Shown in pieces: positions 36,027 through 45,810 of a stretch of DNA of 64,000 nt (positions are counted from its first letter, which is position 1; each line of letters starts with the position of its first letter). Made by a program: the position numbers and the translations under genes. Under the pieces are notes generated by a model, which was not told the origin of the DNA, did no database searches, and worked only from the letters and a program-made list of their open reading frames with translations. The DNA comes from Flavobacteriales bacterium UBA1993 (GTDB taxonomy: Bacteria; Bacteroidota; Bacteroidia; Flavobacteriales_G; Salibacteraceae), in NCBI GenBank assembly GCA_002336485.1, contig DDCZ01000048.1, positions 115,801-179,800 on the forward strand, read 5' to 3'.

Positions 36027-37131
36027 GTTCCAGCGAAAAGGTCTTGTCCAAGAAAAAATTCAGAAAGGCTTCGCGGAATACGGTGTTGTCGAATCGAAGG
36101 GCGTTTTCTCGAATGCGGTGTGCGTCAAATTCGGTACGTTCAAATCTAATTATGGCGTCGGCCAATGCTTCGGGATGTTCGCGGTGAAAGAATATCCCCG
36201 TTTCGTCCTCGATTACAGTTTCAAAGTAACCACCAATCCCAAGTGCAATAACTGGAGTGCCAGTTGACTGAGCTTCGAGTCCCGCGATCCCAAAATCTTC
36301 AATGGACGCATTGATAAATGCCTTTGAACGCTGCATATAATAGACCAATTGTTCATCGGTTAACCAACCTAAAAACTCAATATTGGGCAGCGCAAGTTTT
36401 TTGAGCTGTTTTTCCAATGGGCCCTTGCCCGCAACGAGGAGACGTTTCCCTGGAAGTCGATTAAAAGCGCTGACAATGAGGTCGATATTCTTATAATCCA
36501 CGAAGCGAGAAGCCGTGAAATAGTAGTCTGACTTGTTGGTGTGCAGTGCAAATTTCTCCGTGTTTACGGGCGGGTAAATTACGTTGGCACGTCGGCCATA
36601 AGCATATCGAATGCGCTGCTTCACAAACTCTGAATTAGAGATGAAATAATCAACCGTAGGCGCTGTTTTGCTATCCCATTTCTTTAAACGTTTGATTAAA
36701 AATCGAGCAAAGACCCGCTTTAAACCTTTGTCATATCCATACTTTTCTAGATAGGTCGACTCAAGGCCCCAAGCAAACCGCATCGGGGTGTGACAATAAC
36801 AAATGTGGATTTGAGACGGATGCTTCTGGACCCCTTTGGCCGCCATCCAAGACGAGCTAATAATTACGTCAAAACCGCTAAGGTCAAGTTTTGAGATTGC
36901 TCTTGGGTAAAGTGGTGCAAGGTGTCTGTAATGCTTGCTGGCGAATGGAATTTTTTGAAGAAACGACGTTTGGATCGAACGATTTTGAGTTATGTGCCGA
37001 AGTGATTCATCGTCCATGAAGTTGAATAGGGAGAAAACCGCATGAGGTTGGATTAAATCGATGATTTCTGTCGCCACCTTTTCGGCACCGCCTGGCATCG
37101 TGAACCAATCATGTACAAAAGCCACCTTCAT
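36013..37131 (-). CDS. Glycosyltransferase family 4
   Basis: MKVAFVHDWFTMPGGAEKV N-terminus and C-terminal EDFGIAGLEAQSTGTPVIA (E-x7-E). Confidence 0.85.
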   Translation of the reverse strand: MKVAFVHDWFTMPGGAEKVATEIIDLIQPHAVFSLFNFMDDESLRHITQNRSIQTSFLQKIPFASKHYRHLAPLYPRAISKLDLSGFDVIISSSWMAAKGVQKHPSQIHICYCHTPMRFAWGLESTYLEKYGYDKGLKRVFARFLIKRLKKWDSKTAPTVDYFISNSEFVKQRIRYAYGRRANVIYPPVNTEKFALHTNKSDYYFTASRFVDYKNIDLIVSAFNRLPGKRLLVAGKGPLEKQLKKLALPNIEFLGWLTDEQLVYYMQRSKAFINASIEDFGIAGLEAQSTGTPVIALGIGGYFETVIEDETGIFFHREHPEALADAIIRFERTEFDAHRIRENALRFDNTVFREAFLNFFLDKTFSLEHEMA

Positions 37132-37150
37132 TGCACGAATCTAAATAACG

Positions 37151-38131
37151 CTACGAAAATTGCTGGACTAAATTCTTCCAACTTACGGTAGACGGTCTTG
37201 ATATATAATTCGGAACTTGATTCGGTGCATTCTGATCCAGTGCTTTTGTCATTTGCGCCTTGAAATCCTCAGGGTGCATCAGGCTAAAATAAGAAGCGGC
37301 ATCTCCAATAATCTCTTTATGCACTGGAATGTCGCTTATTAAAAGCTTTGCCTTTAGGGCTGACGCTTCGCATGGAACAAGACTGAATCCTTCATAGAGC
37401 GAAGGGTGAATCACCAATTCAGCGTTTTCATAAAGCCACCGCAACGAGCCATCATCAATTTCCTGCAACCATTGCGCATTTCTTGACATATGTGGATTCT
37501 TTTGAAATGCGGCAGATTTGCTTCCCGCAATAATCAAATCCATTTTGCGCTCGATTAAAATTGAGCGGGCGTGTGTGGCAATGAAATCAAAGTTTTTACG
37601 CGGATCATGGCTTCCAACCATAAGGCAAAATCGATTGCCAGATAGTCCTTCTGGTCGTTTTGGGATTACAGTTAATAGCTTATTTGAAACAGCAGAGTGA
37701 ATTACGGACACCTTTTGATCGTCAACGTCTAAATGACGCATGATTTCTTGCTTGGAAAATTCACTCACCGTAACAATGTGATGTGAAACCTGAGCCAACT
37801 TTGGAAGCATCCATCTATAATATCGTGCGAAATTGGTGTTGAACCATATTGGGTTTTCGAATACCGCTAGATCATGAATGGTCACAATCTGATTGTGATA
37901 CGATACCGGACCAGTGTTGCAAAAATTAATAAGCAGAGGCGAGTTCTGCTGTCGAAGCATCCGTGGCAGCCGATGCTGTTCCCAGAGTTGGCCGCGCAAT
38001 GCCCCTTGTTGTTTAGGGGTGAACACCTCTGCCATATCCGACAACTCATCAAGAAACAGGTGCCCATATCGTTGGACACCTGTTTCGCGCTGAGTCAAAA
38101 ATCGACCGTTAATTACAATTGGTTTGGACAC
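37151..38131 (-). CDS. Glycosyltransferase family 4 (mannosyltransferase-like)
   Basis: INGRFLTQRETGVQRY N-terminus, DPRKNFDF, YEGFSLVPCEASALKAKLLISDIPVHKE. Confidence 0.8.
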   Translation of the reverse strand: MSKPIVINGRFLTQRETGVQRYGHLFLDELSDMAEVFTPKQQGALRGQLWEQHRLPRMLRQQNSPLLINFCNTGPVSYHNQIVTIHDLAVFENPIWFNTNFARYYRWMLPKLAQVSHHIVTVSEFSKQEIMRHLDVDDQKVSVIHSAVSNKLLTVIPKRPEGLSGNRFCLMVGSHDPRKNFDFIATHARSILIERKMDLIIAGSKSAAFQKNPHMSRNAQWLQEIDDGSLRWLYENAELVIHPSLYEGFSLVPCEASALKAKLLISDIPVHKEIIGDAASYFSLMHPEDFKAQMTKALDQNAPNQVPNYISRPSTVSWKNLVQQFS

Positions 38132-38159
38132 ATAGCAAACCTAGGTGAATTCAATTTGC

Positions 38160-39527
38160 CTAGGAAGGTTGATCGATTTCCGTTTTCGAGGTAGATGCAC
38201 CGCCCCACTGAATTTTTAAAGAGAGCCACATAATCAATCCTAGAATAATGAAAAGGCCTAAACTGCCGATTAATAAAGCGTAATCCTGCATTTGAAGTAG
38301 TGTATAGATGTAGATATATAAGCCAGCCAAAACTCCTGATGTGATTAGCGTGAACTTCAAAGACCCAAATACTTGTCTTATATACAACGAAATCATCGTG
38401 AGAATCATTGAAGCCGCGATTCCATATGCGACATTAAAACCTAGATGTTCGCTTAGCGACAACAACAGCGTGTAGAAAAGACACAGTGCAAGACCGACCA
38501 AAAAGTATTGGAATGGGTGAATCCGGATCTTGTTTATGGCTTGAGAAAAGAAGAATAGAATGAAAGTGAGTGCAATAAGCATTACTGCATACTTAATAGA
38601 ACGTTCCGACTTTTGATAGTGGTTTACAGGCGTGAAAAGGTCAACACCGAATTGATAACTGCTCAGTAGGTTTCGTCCCGAAAACACCTGGGGAACCGAT
38701 CTGTTGTACTGCAGAACGCTCCAGTCCGCATCGAATCCGTCCTTTGTTACTTCTCTGCTATTCGGTAAGAAACTACCCACAAATGAAGGATTGGCCCAAG
38801 AAGATTTGACGTCGATATTAGTTGATTTCCCAGCAGGTTCAAAAAACATGGATCCAGTTCCTCGAAGGTTCAGCGTTGTGGAACCGGTGATGCTAGATTT
38901 AGTGGAATCTGTCCAATTCGTCGTCAATGGAATGTATATCCCAGCATCAAACACGTCGTGATCAGGAAGGCCCGGTTGAAACTCTGTTTTCGATCCATTG
39001 ATCTCAATCATAGTTTCTTCAGTAATCCCTCTCGGGTCACTAACCCCGAAAGACAGGGTCATTTTATCCCAATCGTATTTTCTGTCTGAATACTCTTTCA
39101 AGTGCTCGGGATTAAAGTAAAAACTGACTTCGGAGACGCTTTGGTAAACAGGGATTTCGAATATTCCTCGATACCGAATTTCAGGATTGATCACGGCGCT
39201 CACCGAGAAATCGTCTGGCAACAAATGCATCGTGCCGCGCGATTTTGTGTCTGAGTCTATGTAATGATCGTGGTAAGGAATGTTTATTACTGGTCCTCCG
39301 ATGGATTGACTCTGCGCCCAGCTTTTGCCAATTTCATGTTTAGCGTCGTTTTGGCGATAAGTCCGTTCGTGAATTAGGCTCTCAACCATACCGATAGGGA
39401 TCAACATGATCAGGGTTAAGAAACCAATTACGATTAGTTTAATGGTTACCGATTCTTTTACGAGTGTATTTGCGCGTTCAAAAAAAGAAGGAGGAGTAGG
39501 ACGAAGTGGTGGATTGTGTTCGGTCAT
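38160..39527 (-). CDS. creD: Cell envelope integrity protein CreD
   Basis: N-terminal TM, IHERTYRQNDAKHEIGKSWAQSQSIGGPVINIPY (the CreD signature) and a C-terminal block of five TM segments; 455 aa. Confidence 0.8.
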   Translation of the reverse strand: MTEHNPPLRPTPPSFFERANTLVKESVTIKLIVIGFLTLIMLIPIGMVESLIHERTYRQNDAKHEIGKSWAQSQSIGGPVINIPYHDHYIDSDTKSRGTMHLLPDDFSVSAVINPEIRYRGIFEIPVYQSVSEVSFYFNPEHLKEYSDRKYDWDKMTLSFGVSDPRGITEETMIEINGSKTEFQPGLPDHDVFDAGIYIPLTTNWTDSTKSSITGSTTLNLRGTGSMFFEPAGKSTNIDVKSSWANPSFVGSFLPNSREVTKDGFDADWSVLQYNRSVPQVFSGRNLLSSYQFGVDLFTPVNHYQKSERSIKYAVMLIALTFILFFFSQAINKIRIHPFQYFLVGLALCLFYTLLLSLSEHLGFNVAYGIAASMILTMISLYIRQVFGSLKFTLITSGVLAGLYIYIYTLLQMQDYALLIGSLGLFIILGLIMWLSLKIQWGGASTSKTEIDQPS

Positions 39528-39632
39528 GATGATAAGTGCGATTAGTTATTTGAACAGATAACGTTCACTACATGACACATTGTAGGCTTAGGATAATTTA
39601 ACCCCGATGTTAAGGCATGTGAAAATCCGAAA

Positions 39633-40868
39633 TCAGTGGCCGCAAAAATTACTAATGGCCTCATCAGCCCCTTCATAGCCCATTTCTCTTGCAAGCCTCA
39701 TGTCCTCACAGCCGTCCTTTAATCGATAGTTAAGCACTTTAGAAAGACCGCGGCTAAATAGTGCTTCAATCATTTCACCATCGAGTTTAAGTGCTTGGGT
39801 GTAGTCAATAACAGCTTCTCCATAATCACCGAAAAGCATGTGAATGTTTCCTCTTAGTTTCCAGGCATGCGCATCGTCTGGATTTAGTTCAATGGCATGA
39901 TTGGCATCAATTAAGGCGTTATCAAAGTCACCGATCATTTCGTATGCAAAGGCCCGATTATAAATCGCATTAAAATAGGTTGTGTCAAACGTGTTCATTT
40001 GACTGTAATCTTCGATCGCGCCTTTCATATCACCAAGTTCTTTCTTTAGAAGTCCGCGTGCGAAATAGACTGGGGCTATGTCTAATTGAATCTCAATTGC
40101 TTGATCAAAGAGGTCGAGTGCCTTCTCATTTAAACCATTCATCTTATACGCTACGCCTTTGTTATAGATGGCTAGTGCGAAGTCTGGGTTTATGGCTATG
40201 GCTTGGTCAAAATGGCCAATGGCCTCGTCGATATTCTTTTCTTTTAGCGCGATCAAACCAAGCACGTCGTAGGCAAGTGCATTCTCGGGATTAATTTCCA
40301 ACACGGCCTCAAAACTGACCCGGGCCAAGTATAATTCGTTTTCTAGAAATTGTATAAGACCATGCTTTAGCAATGTCAACTCTTTATTATAGCCACTCTC
40401 CTTAAGCAACTCGATATCATTTCTCGCGCTGATGTATTCGCCCGTCAAAATATATCCATCCACACGGTGATCTCTCAATTGATGATTGTCTGGTTGCATG
40501 GCGATCGCATGCTCGAGGTTTTCGAGGCCTTCGCCATACTTCTCGATCATGAAATTCAGTTTGGCCTTTTCGTCTAAGACAAAGGCTGAGTATGGGTTGA
40601 GTCGAAGGGCAGTTTCGTAGTCTCGTTTTGCTTCGGTTGTACGTCCAAGGCGCTGCAACATGGATGACCTTTTCATGAATGCTTCCGCGTACGCATTGTC
40701 GGTTGCAATTGCATTTGTATAAGAAAAAATGGCGTCCTCAAAGTGTCCCATCTGCACTAGGTTGTCGCCCTTTTGCAGCATTCGCATCGCTTCTATTCGC
40801 TGCGGCGACTGTGCCATAAGCGAAAAGAACCCAAGGCTTAATAATATGGTTATCGCAAGATTTCTCAT
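39633..40868 (-). CDS. Tetratricopeptide-repeat protein with signal peptide
   Basis: About 10 TPR units (recurring A..YN.G.AY...G....A..D...AI.L.P). 4-nt overlap with the upstream gene. Confidence 0.8.
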   Translation of the reverse strand: MRNLAITILLSLGFFSLMAQSPQRIEAMRMLQKGDNLVQMGHFEDAIFSYTNAIATDNAYAEAFMKRSSMLQRLGRTTEAKRDYETALRLNPYSAFVLDEKAKLNFMIEKYGEGLENLEHAIAMQPDNHQLRDHRVDGYILTGEYISARNDIELLKESGYNKELTLLKHGLIQFLENELYLARVSFEAVLEINPENALAYDVLGLIALKEKNIDEAIGHFDQAIAINPDFALAIYNKGVAYKMNGLNEKALDLFDQAIEIQLDIAPVYFARGLLKKELGDMKGAIEDYSQMNTFDTTYFNAIYNRAFAYEMIGDFDNALIDANHAIELNPDDAHAWKLRGNIHMLFGDYGEAVIDYTQALKLDGEMIEALFSRGLSKVLNYRLKDGCEDMRLAREMGYEGADEAISNFCGH

Positions 40869-42499
40869 GTCTGAATCACACCAACGTTATATCGTTTAAC
40901 ATCTTGTTCATGGCTTGCCATTTCTATGCCCATGCTTATTATGTTTCGGGTGTCTAATGGGTCAATGATGCCATCGGTCCATAGCCTTGCCGCGGCGTAG
41001 TATGGTGAAGTTTGCTCATTGTATCGTTTGGTTATCCGATCCAGTAATTCCTTTTTCTTGGCGTCCGTGATTTCTTCACCCTTTGATTTAAGGCTTGCCA
41101 TCTCTATCTGAAGTAGCGTATTGGCAGCAGATTTACCACTCATTACTGCAAGATTGGACGATGGCCAGGCATATATTAGTCTTGGGTCATATGCCTTGCC
41201 GCACATGGCATAGTTTCCTGCACCGTAACTGTTGCCCATGATAAAGGTGAATTTTGGCACTACCGAATTACTCATGGCATTCACCATTTTAGCACCGTCT
41301 TTAATTATTCCACCATGTTCGGATCGGGATCCTACCATGAATCCGGTTACGTCTTGTAGAAAAACAAGTGGGATGTTTTTTTGATTGCAGTTCATAATAA
41401 ATCGGGCCGCCTTGTCCGCGCTATCGCTGTAAATGACCCCGCCAAATTGCATTTCACCCTTTTTACTCTTTACTACTTCACGTTGATTTGCCACAATGCC
41501 AACAGACCATCCGTCGATTCGGGCATATCCGGTTATAATCGATTTGCCATATAGTGCCTTGTATTCTTCAAACTCAGAATCATCTACAATGCGTTTGATA
41601 ATCTCCTTGGTATTGTATGTCTTCTTACTGAAAATGCCATAGATTTCTTTCGGATCGAGCTTTGGTTTTAGGGCCTCAATACGGTCAAAGGGAACCTTGC
41701 TTTTACCACCCATTTTATCCATTATACCCTTGATCTTATCAAGGCAAGCAGCGTCATTTTCGCATTTGTAGTCGGTCACCCCGCTTATTTCGCAATGTGT
41801 CTCGGCACCGCCTAAGGTTTCATTATCAACATCTTCTCCAATGGCGGCACGAACAAGGTATGATCCGGCGAGAAAGATGCTTCCGGTCTTGTCCACAATC
41901 ATCGCCTCGTCGCTCATAATGGGCAGATAAGCTCCTCCTGCAACGCAGCTTCCCATTATGGCTGAGATCTGATTAATTCCCCTCGAACTCATAACCGCAT
42001 TATTTCTGAAAATTCGTCCAAAGTGCTCCTTGTCAGGAAAAATTTCATCCTGCATTGGAAGGAATACACCCGCGCTATCTACCAAGTAAATAATGGGGAT
42101 GTAGTTGTCCATTGCGATTTCTTGCGCTCGAAGGTTCTTCTTGCCCGTGATTGGGAACCAGGCACCTGCTTTTACTGTGGCATCATTTGCAACAACAACG
42201 CAGATTTTTCCTGAGACGTAGCCTAGATAAACCACAACACCTGCACTGGGACACCCACCGTATTCTTCATACATTCCATCTCCAGCGAAAGCACCTACTT
42301 CAAACTTTGGTTTGTCACTGTCTAAGAGATGTTCGACCCGCTCTCGTGCTGTCATCTTTCCTTGACCGTGGAGCTTGTCGATCCTTTTTTGACCTCCACC
42401 GAGATGCACTTTCTCCAGCCGACGTCTCATATGCGAAAGGAGTAACCGCATTTGATCGTCGTTTTTATTGAATTCTAAGTCTTGCTTTTTCGTTGCCAT
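40865..42499 (-). CDS. Acyl-CoA carboxylase carboxyltransferase (beta) subunit, methylcrotonoyl-CoA carboxylase-like
   Basis: 544 aa, with GGGQKRIDKLHGQGKMTARERV at the N-terminus and two crotonase-like halves (GSCVAGGAY, GNSYGAGNYAM). Confidence 0.88.
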   Translation of the reverse strand: MATKKQDLEFNKNDDQMRLLLSHMRRRLEKVHLGGGQKRIDKLHGQGKMTARERVEHLLDSDKPKFEVGAFAGDGMYEEYGGCPSAGVVVYLGYVSGKICVVVANDATVKAGAWFPITGKKNLRAQEIAMDNYIPIIYLVDSAGVFLPMQDEIFPDKEHFGRIFRNNAVMSSRGINQISAIMGSCVAGGAYLPIMSDEAMIVDKTGSIFLAGSYLVRAAIGEDVDNETLGGAETHCEISGVTDYKCENDAACLDKIKGIMDKMGGKSKVPFDRIEALKPKLDPKEIYGIFSKKTYNTKEIIKRIVDDSEFEEYKALYGKSIITGYARIDGWSVGIVANQREVVKSKKGEMQFGGVIYSDSADKAARFIMNCNQKNIPLVFLQDVTGFMVGSRSEHGGIIKDGAKMVNAMSNSVVPKFTFIMGNSYGAGNYAMCGKAYDPRLIYAWPSSNLAVMSGKSAANTLLQIEMASLKSKGEEITDAKKKELLDRITKRYNEQTSPYYAAARLWTDGIIDPLDTRNIISMGIEMASHEQDVKRYNVGVIQT

Positions 42500-42627
42500 T
42501 TTCTGGAATAATCAATTTCAAAGATGTCGAAAAAGGACATATGCTCTAATCCCATCTCTTTATTGCCAATAAATTAGGCAATCCGAATCGTCGTCCACTC
42601 GAATTCAACTAACTTAGAGGCTTCAAC

Positions 42628-45600
42628 ATGAGGATCCTAGCGACATTAATTTTCACGTTCCTGTTTGTGTTTTCTGGTCAATCACAGATTAAACTATCTG
42701 TTGAGGGCAAGGATTTTTGGTTTAGCATAATGCCAAACTTTGGGAGTAACAGTGGAAGCAACAGCCACGCCAGCGACAGTGTATTATTGACAATTTCTGG
42801 AAAGCAGAGCACCAGTGGTGTCGTTGAAAATGTGACACTTGGCTACTCGGTTCCGTTCACAGTGAATGCGCTTAGCGTAACCGAAATCAGAATCCCAAAT
42901 GACATGGTGGCCACGCTCAGTACCGGAACGGTAGAGTCAACGGCGATACATATTTATTCCGAAGACACCATTACAGCCTTTGTTGCCAATATGCAGAATG
43001 CGACGCGGGATGCCACAAATTTAATCCCAACTCAGGCCTTAGGTAAGGAGTATATGGTAACGGCTTACGCTGCCGAAAACATCGGCTTAAGCCAATTCAT
43101 TGTAGTCGCTACTGAAGACAGCATGAATATCAAGATCACTCCTACCGCGAATACGGCTGGAGGCCAAACAGCGGGCATACCCTTTGACATAACTCTAAAT
43201 AGGGGCGAAGTATACCTTGTTCAGGGCGATTCCGTAGGGTTAGATTTTGACCTTACAGGTACCACAATTTCAAGCCTCGATAGCGGAACAAACTGCAGCA
43301 ATTTCGCGGTTTTTGCGGGCTCTAGTTGTACCAATATTCCAAGTTTTTGCACAGCATGTGATCAAGTCTTTTCAATTCTGCCGCCGATTGCGGCCTGGGG
43401 AAAAGAATATCTATTAGCGCCCTTTCAAATTGATTCCTTATCCACATATCGAATAACCGCACTGAATGATAACAGTGATATCTATATTGATGGAAACTTC
43501 ACTGTTACGCTTAATAGTGGTGAACACTTGGAGGTAAATCATGATAGTTCGGCGAGGTGTATTACCTCAGATTCGTTGATTTCTGTCACTCAGTTCATGC
43601 AGGGAAAGAATTGCTCCACGGATGGTGATCCTGCAATGCTTGTCATCAACTCGGTTTCGCAAGGGGTAACGGGTGCAATATTTACGACGATTGATGTGCT
43701 AGGAACCGCGGATACAAACTTTGCCACCATAATTACCCACCATGATGGCATCGGAGTAGTTCTGTTTGATGGGAACCCAGTAGACTCCAACACATTTATT
43801 CAGTTTCAGGAGTGTTCCGAATACTACTACGCATATATTTCCTTGCCTATTGGTGCCCATACCGTTACTTCGGATGAGCGATTTAGTCTATACATATACG
43901 GCATGACCGGTTTTGATTCCTACGCATACAGTGCTGGTTCCACCGTATTTGTAAAAGGACAGTTCAAAGAAGAGACTTGCTCATATAGTAAGACAACATT
44001 CACTGGTGATAGCCTTCTCGTGGGTTATTGGTGGTATAGACTTGATGATCCTCAAGATACCCTTTCAACAGATCTGAACTTAACCCTTACCTCACCGATT
44101 GCGCCTGGAATTTATTTGTTTTCTGGTTATTCGTCGGTGTCGGGATGCAAGGAGGATGTTTATTATAAGGTCACTGAACCTTCACTAGGTGTTGGCGTTC
44201 AGATCTTAGCAGATCCAGAATTTGTTTGTGCTGGCGAGGAGGTTGATTTGAGTTTTATTCAGCGCAGAGCTGCTTTCGACTACAATTTTGAAGATTCCTC
44301 ATTCGTTAGTGAATTTTCGTTGATTGAAAATGTGGAAATTGCTTCGGGGTGTGGTTCTATAGGTTCTAATTCTTTGACGTTTAATGGCGATCAGGTGCGT
44401 GTTGTTTCAAGCCAAGATATTGATGCTACTTTGGGTGGCTTCGTAGAGTTTTTTGCATCCGTTGCAGATGGCACGTGTGATCCGCCTGATATTGATGACT
44501 ACCTATTTATAGATTATTCTACGAATGGAGGTGGCGCGTGGACGAATATTGACTCCCTAGACCCAACCGAATATCAAGCATTTAAGCGCTTTAGAGCAAC
44601 TATTCCGACAGGTGCCCAAACTATATCTACCCGGTTTAGAATTATTCAATCGGGCAGTTATTCTGCAAACGAAGATGTTTGGCTGGTGGATGAATTTGGC
44701 GCATATGTAGAGGCATCATCAATTACAGATAGCCTCCGTTGGACTCCAACATTAATGGTTGATGATTCAACCGCGATAAGCCCTATCGGTTATCCAGAAG
44801 ACACCACTGTGTTCTCTGTTTATTTTCGGGATAGTGCTGGATGTGTATACAGCGATTCGATTGCAGTCACGGCGCCCGAGCCGTTGAATGAACCTGTGGA
44901 TTTTGATACGCTTAAATGCAACAACACACCAATTAATTTTACGGCACTTGAAGGAGGTGGAACTTACGAATGGACTCCAGCATCCGGTGTGAGCGATCCA
45001 AACGCTCAGAGCGTTCTCCTCACCGCCACTGAAAAAACGGATTACCAAATAAAAATTGTCGACCCATGGGGGTGCGATTCAACAATACAACGTGTAAGCA
45101 TCGACGTGAAATTCCCACCTTCTGTGCCCAATTTTAGAGATACCTTGGTGTGTGATGGTGGGGTGATTCAGTACGTCATTAACGACAGTTCGGCAAATAT
45201 CACTTGGAGTGATAATTCAGTTTCTGAGTCGTTTTCTATCACGCAGAGTGGAACTTATTTTTATCACGCTGAAAACGAATGTGGAGTTTCATCCGACTCA
45301 ATTTCTGTGGTTACTGCCAAAAGTCCTGAGGTTGAAGTTGGTGCCGACCTATTATTATGCCCGCATCAGCCTTTAACGATTACCTTGAATGACGACGGGA
45401 ATGCTTTTTTCTGGTCTAATGGAGATGCTGGAGTTTCGACTGAATTTTTGTCCGCTGGAACATTTACTGTTACAGTTACGAACCCAGACGGTTGCGCAAG
45501 TTCAGACTCTCTAAGGGTCTACGACGATTGCGAATCGCTGATCAAATTCCCGAACGTGTTTACCCCGAACGGTGATGGTGTCAACGACCTGTTTGTGATC

Positions 45601-45810
45601 GAGGCGAATAATGTTCAGAAGGTGGAAGTGACGGTTTACAACCGGTGGGGACAACGTGTCTTTTACGCGGCAAGACCTGATTTTTACTGGGACGGCACAA
45701 TTTACGGCACTCCTGCAAGCGAGGGCATCTATTATTTGTTTCTAGAAGTGTTGACGGCAGATGGTCGTGACATTAACCACAAAGGGTCACTTTCCTTAAT
45801 TAGAGACTAA
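42628..45810 (+). CDS. Large T9SS cargo protein: IgGFc-binding-like N-terminal domain, central beta-sandwich (MAM-like?) domain, Ig-like repeats, gliding-motility (type B) C-terminal domain
   Basis: Signal peptide; GKDFWFSIMPNFG start typical of the IgGFc_binding-type domain; C-terminus FPNVFTPNGDGVNDLFVI...VYNRWGQRVFY. Confidence 0.8.
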   Translation: MRILATLIFTFLFVFSGQSQIKLSVEGKDFWFSIMPNFGSNSGSNSHASDSVLLTISGKQSTSGVVENVTLGYSVPFTVNALSVTEIRIPNDMVATLSTGTVESTAIHIYSEDTITAFVANMQNATRDATNLIPTQALGKEYMVTAYAAENIGLSQFIVVATEDSMNIKITPTANTAGGQTAGIPFDITLNRGEVYLVQGDSVGLDFDLTGTTISSLDSGTNCSNFAVFAGSSCTNIPSFCTACDQVFSILPPIAAWGKEYLLAPFQIDSLSTYRITALNDNSDIYIDGNFTVTLNSGEHLEVNHDSSARCITSDSLISVTQFMQGKNCSTDGDPAMLVINSVSQGVTGAIFTTIDVLGTADTNFATIITHHDGIGVVLFDGNPVDSNTFIQFQECSEYYYAYISLPIGAHTVTSDERFSLYIYGMTGFDSYAYSAGSTVFVKGQFKEETCSYSKTTFTGDSLLVGYWWYRLDDPQDTLSTDLNLTLTSPIAPGIYLFSGYSSVSGCKEDVYYKVTEPSLGVGVQILADPEFVCAGEEVDLSFIQRRAAFDYNFEDSSFVSEFSLIENVEIASGCGSIGSNSLTFNGDQVRVVSSQDIDATLGGFVEFFASVADGTCDPPDIDDYLFIDYSTNGGGAWTNIDSLDPTEYQAFKRFRATIPTGAQTISTRFRIIQSGSYSANEDVWLVDEFGAYVEASSITDSLRWTPTLMVDDSTAISPIGYPEDTTVFSVYFRDSAGCVYSDSIAVTAPEPLNEPVDFDTLKCNNTPINFTALEGGGTYEWTPASGVSDPNAQSVLLTATEKTDYQIKIVDPWGCDSTIQRVSIDVKFPPSVPNFRDTLVCDGGVIQYVINDSSANITWSDNSVSESFSITQSGTYFYHAENECGVSSDSISVVTAKSPEVEVGADLLLCPHQPLTITLNDDGNAFFWSNGDAGVSTEFLSAGTFTVTVTNPDGCASSDSLRVYDDCESLIKFPNVFTPNGDGVNDLFVIEANNVQKVEVTVYNRWGQRVFYAARPDFYWDGTIYGTPASEGIYYLFLEVLTADGRDINHKGSLSLIRD
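44875..45532 (+). repeat. Three tandem Ig-like Cys-containing modules (about 70-75 aa each) inside the CDS
   Basis: Recurring C...(G)GxYxW/ITW/FFW...CG pattern: EGGGTYEWTPASG, SSANITWSDNS, DGNAFFWSNGD. Protein-level repeat only. Confidence 0.5.

Noticed and set aside
35812-36267. 151-aa plus-strand ORF spanning the O-antigen-ligase/GT4 junction
   Set aside because: Antisense to two overlapping, motif-supported minus-strand genes.
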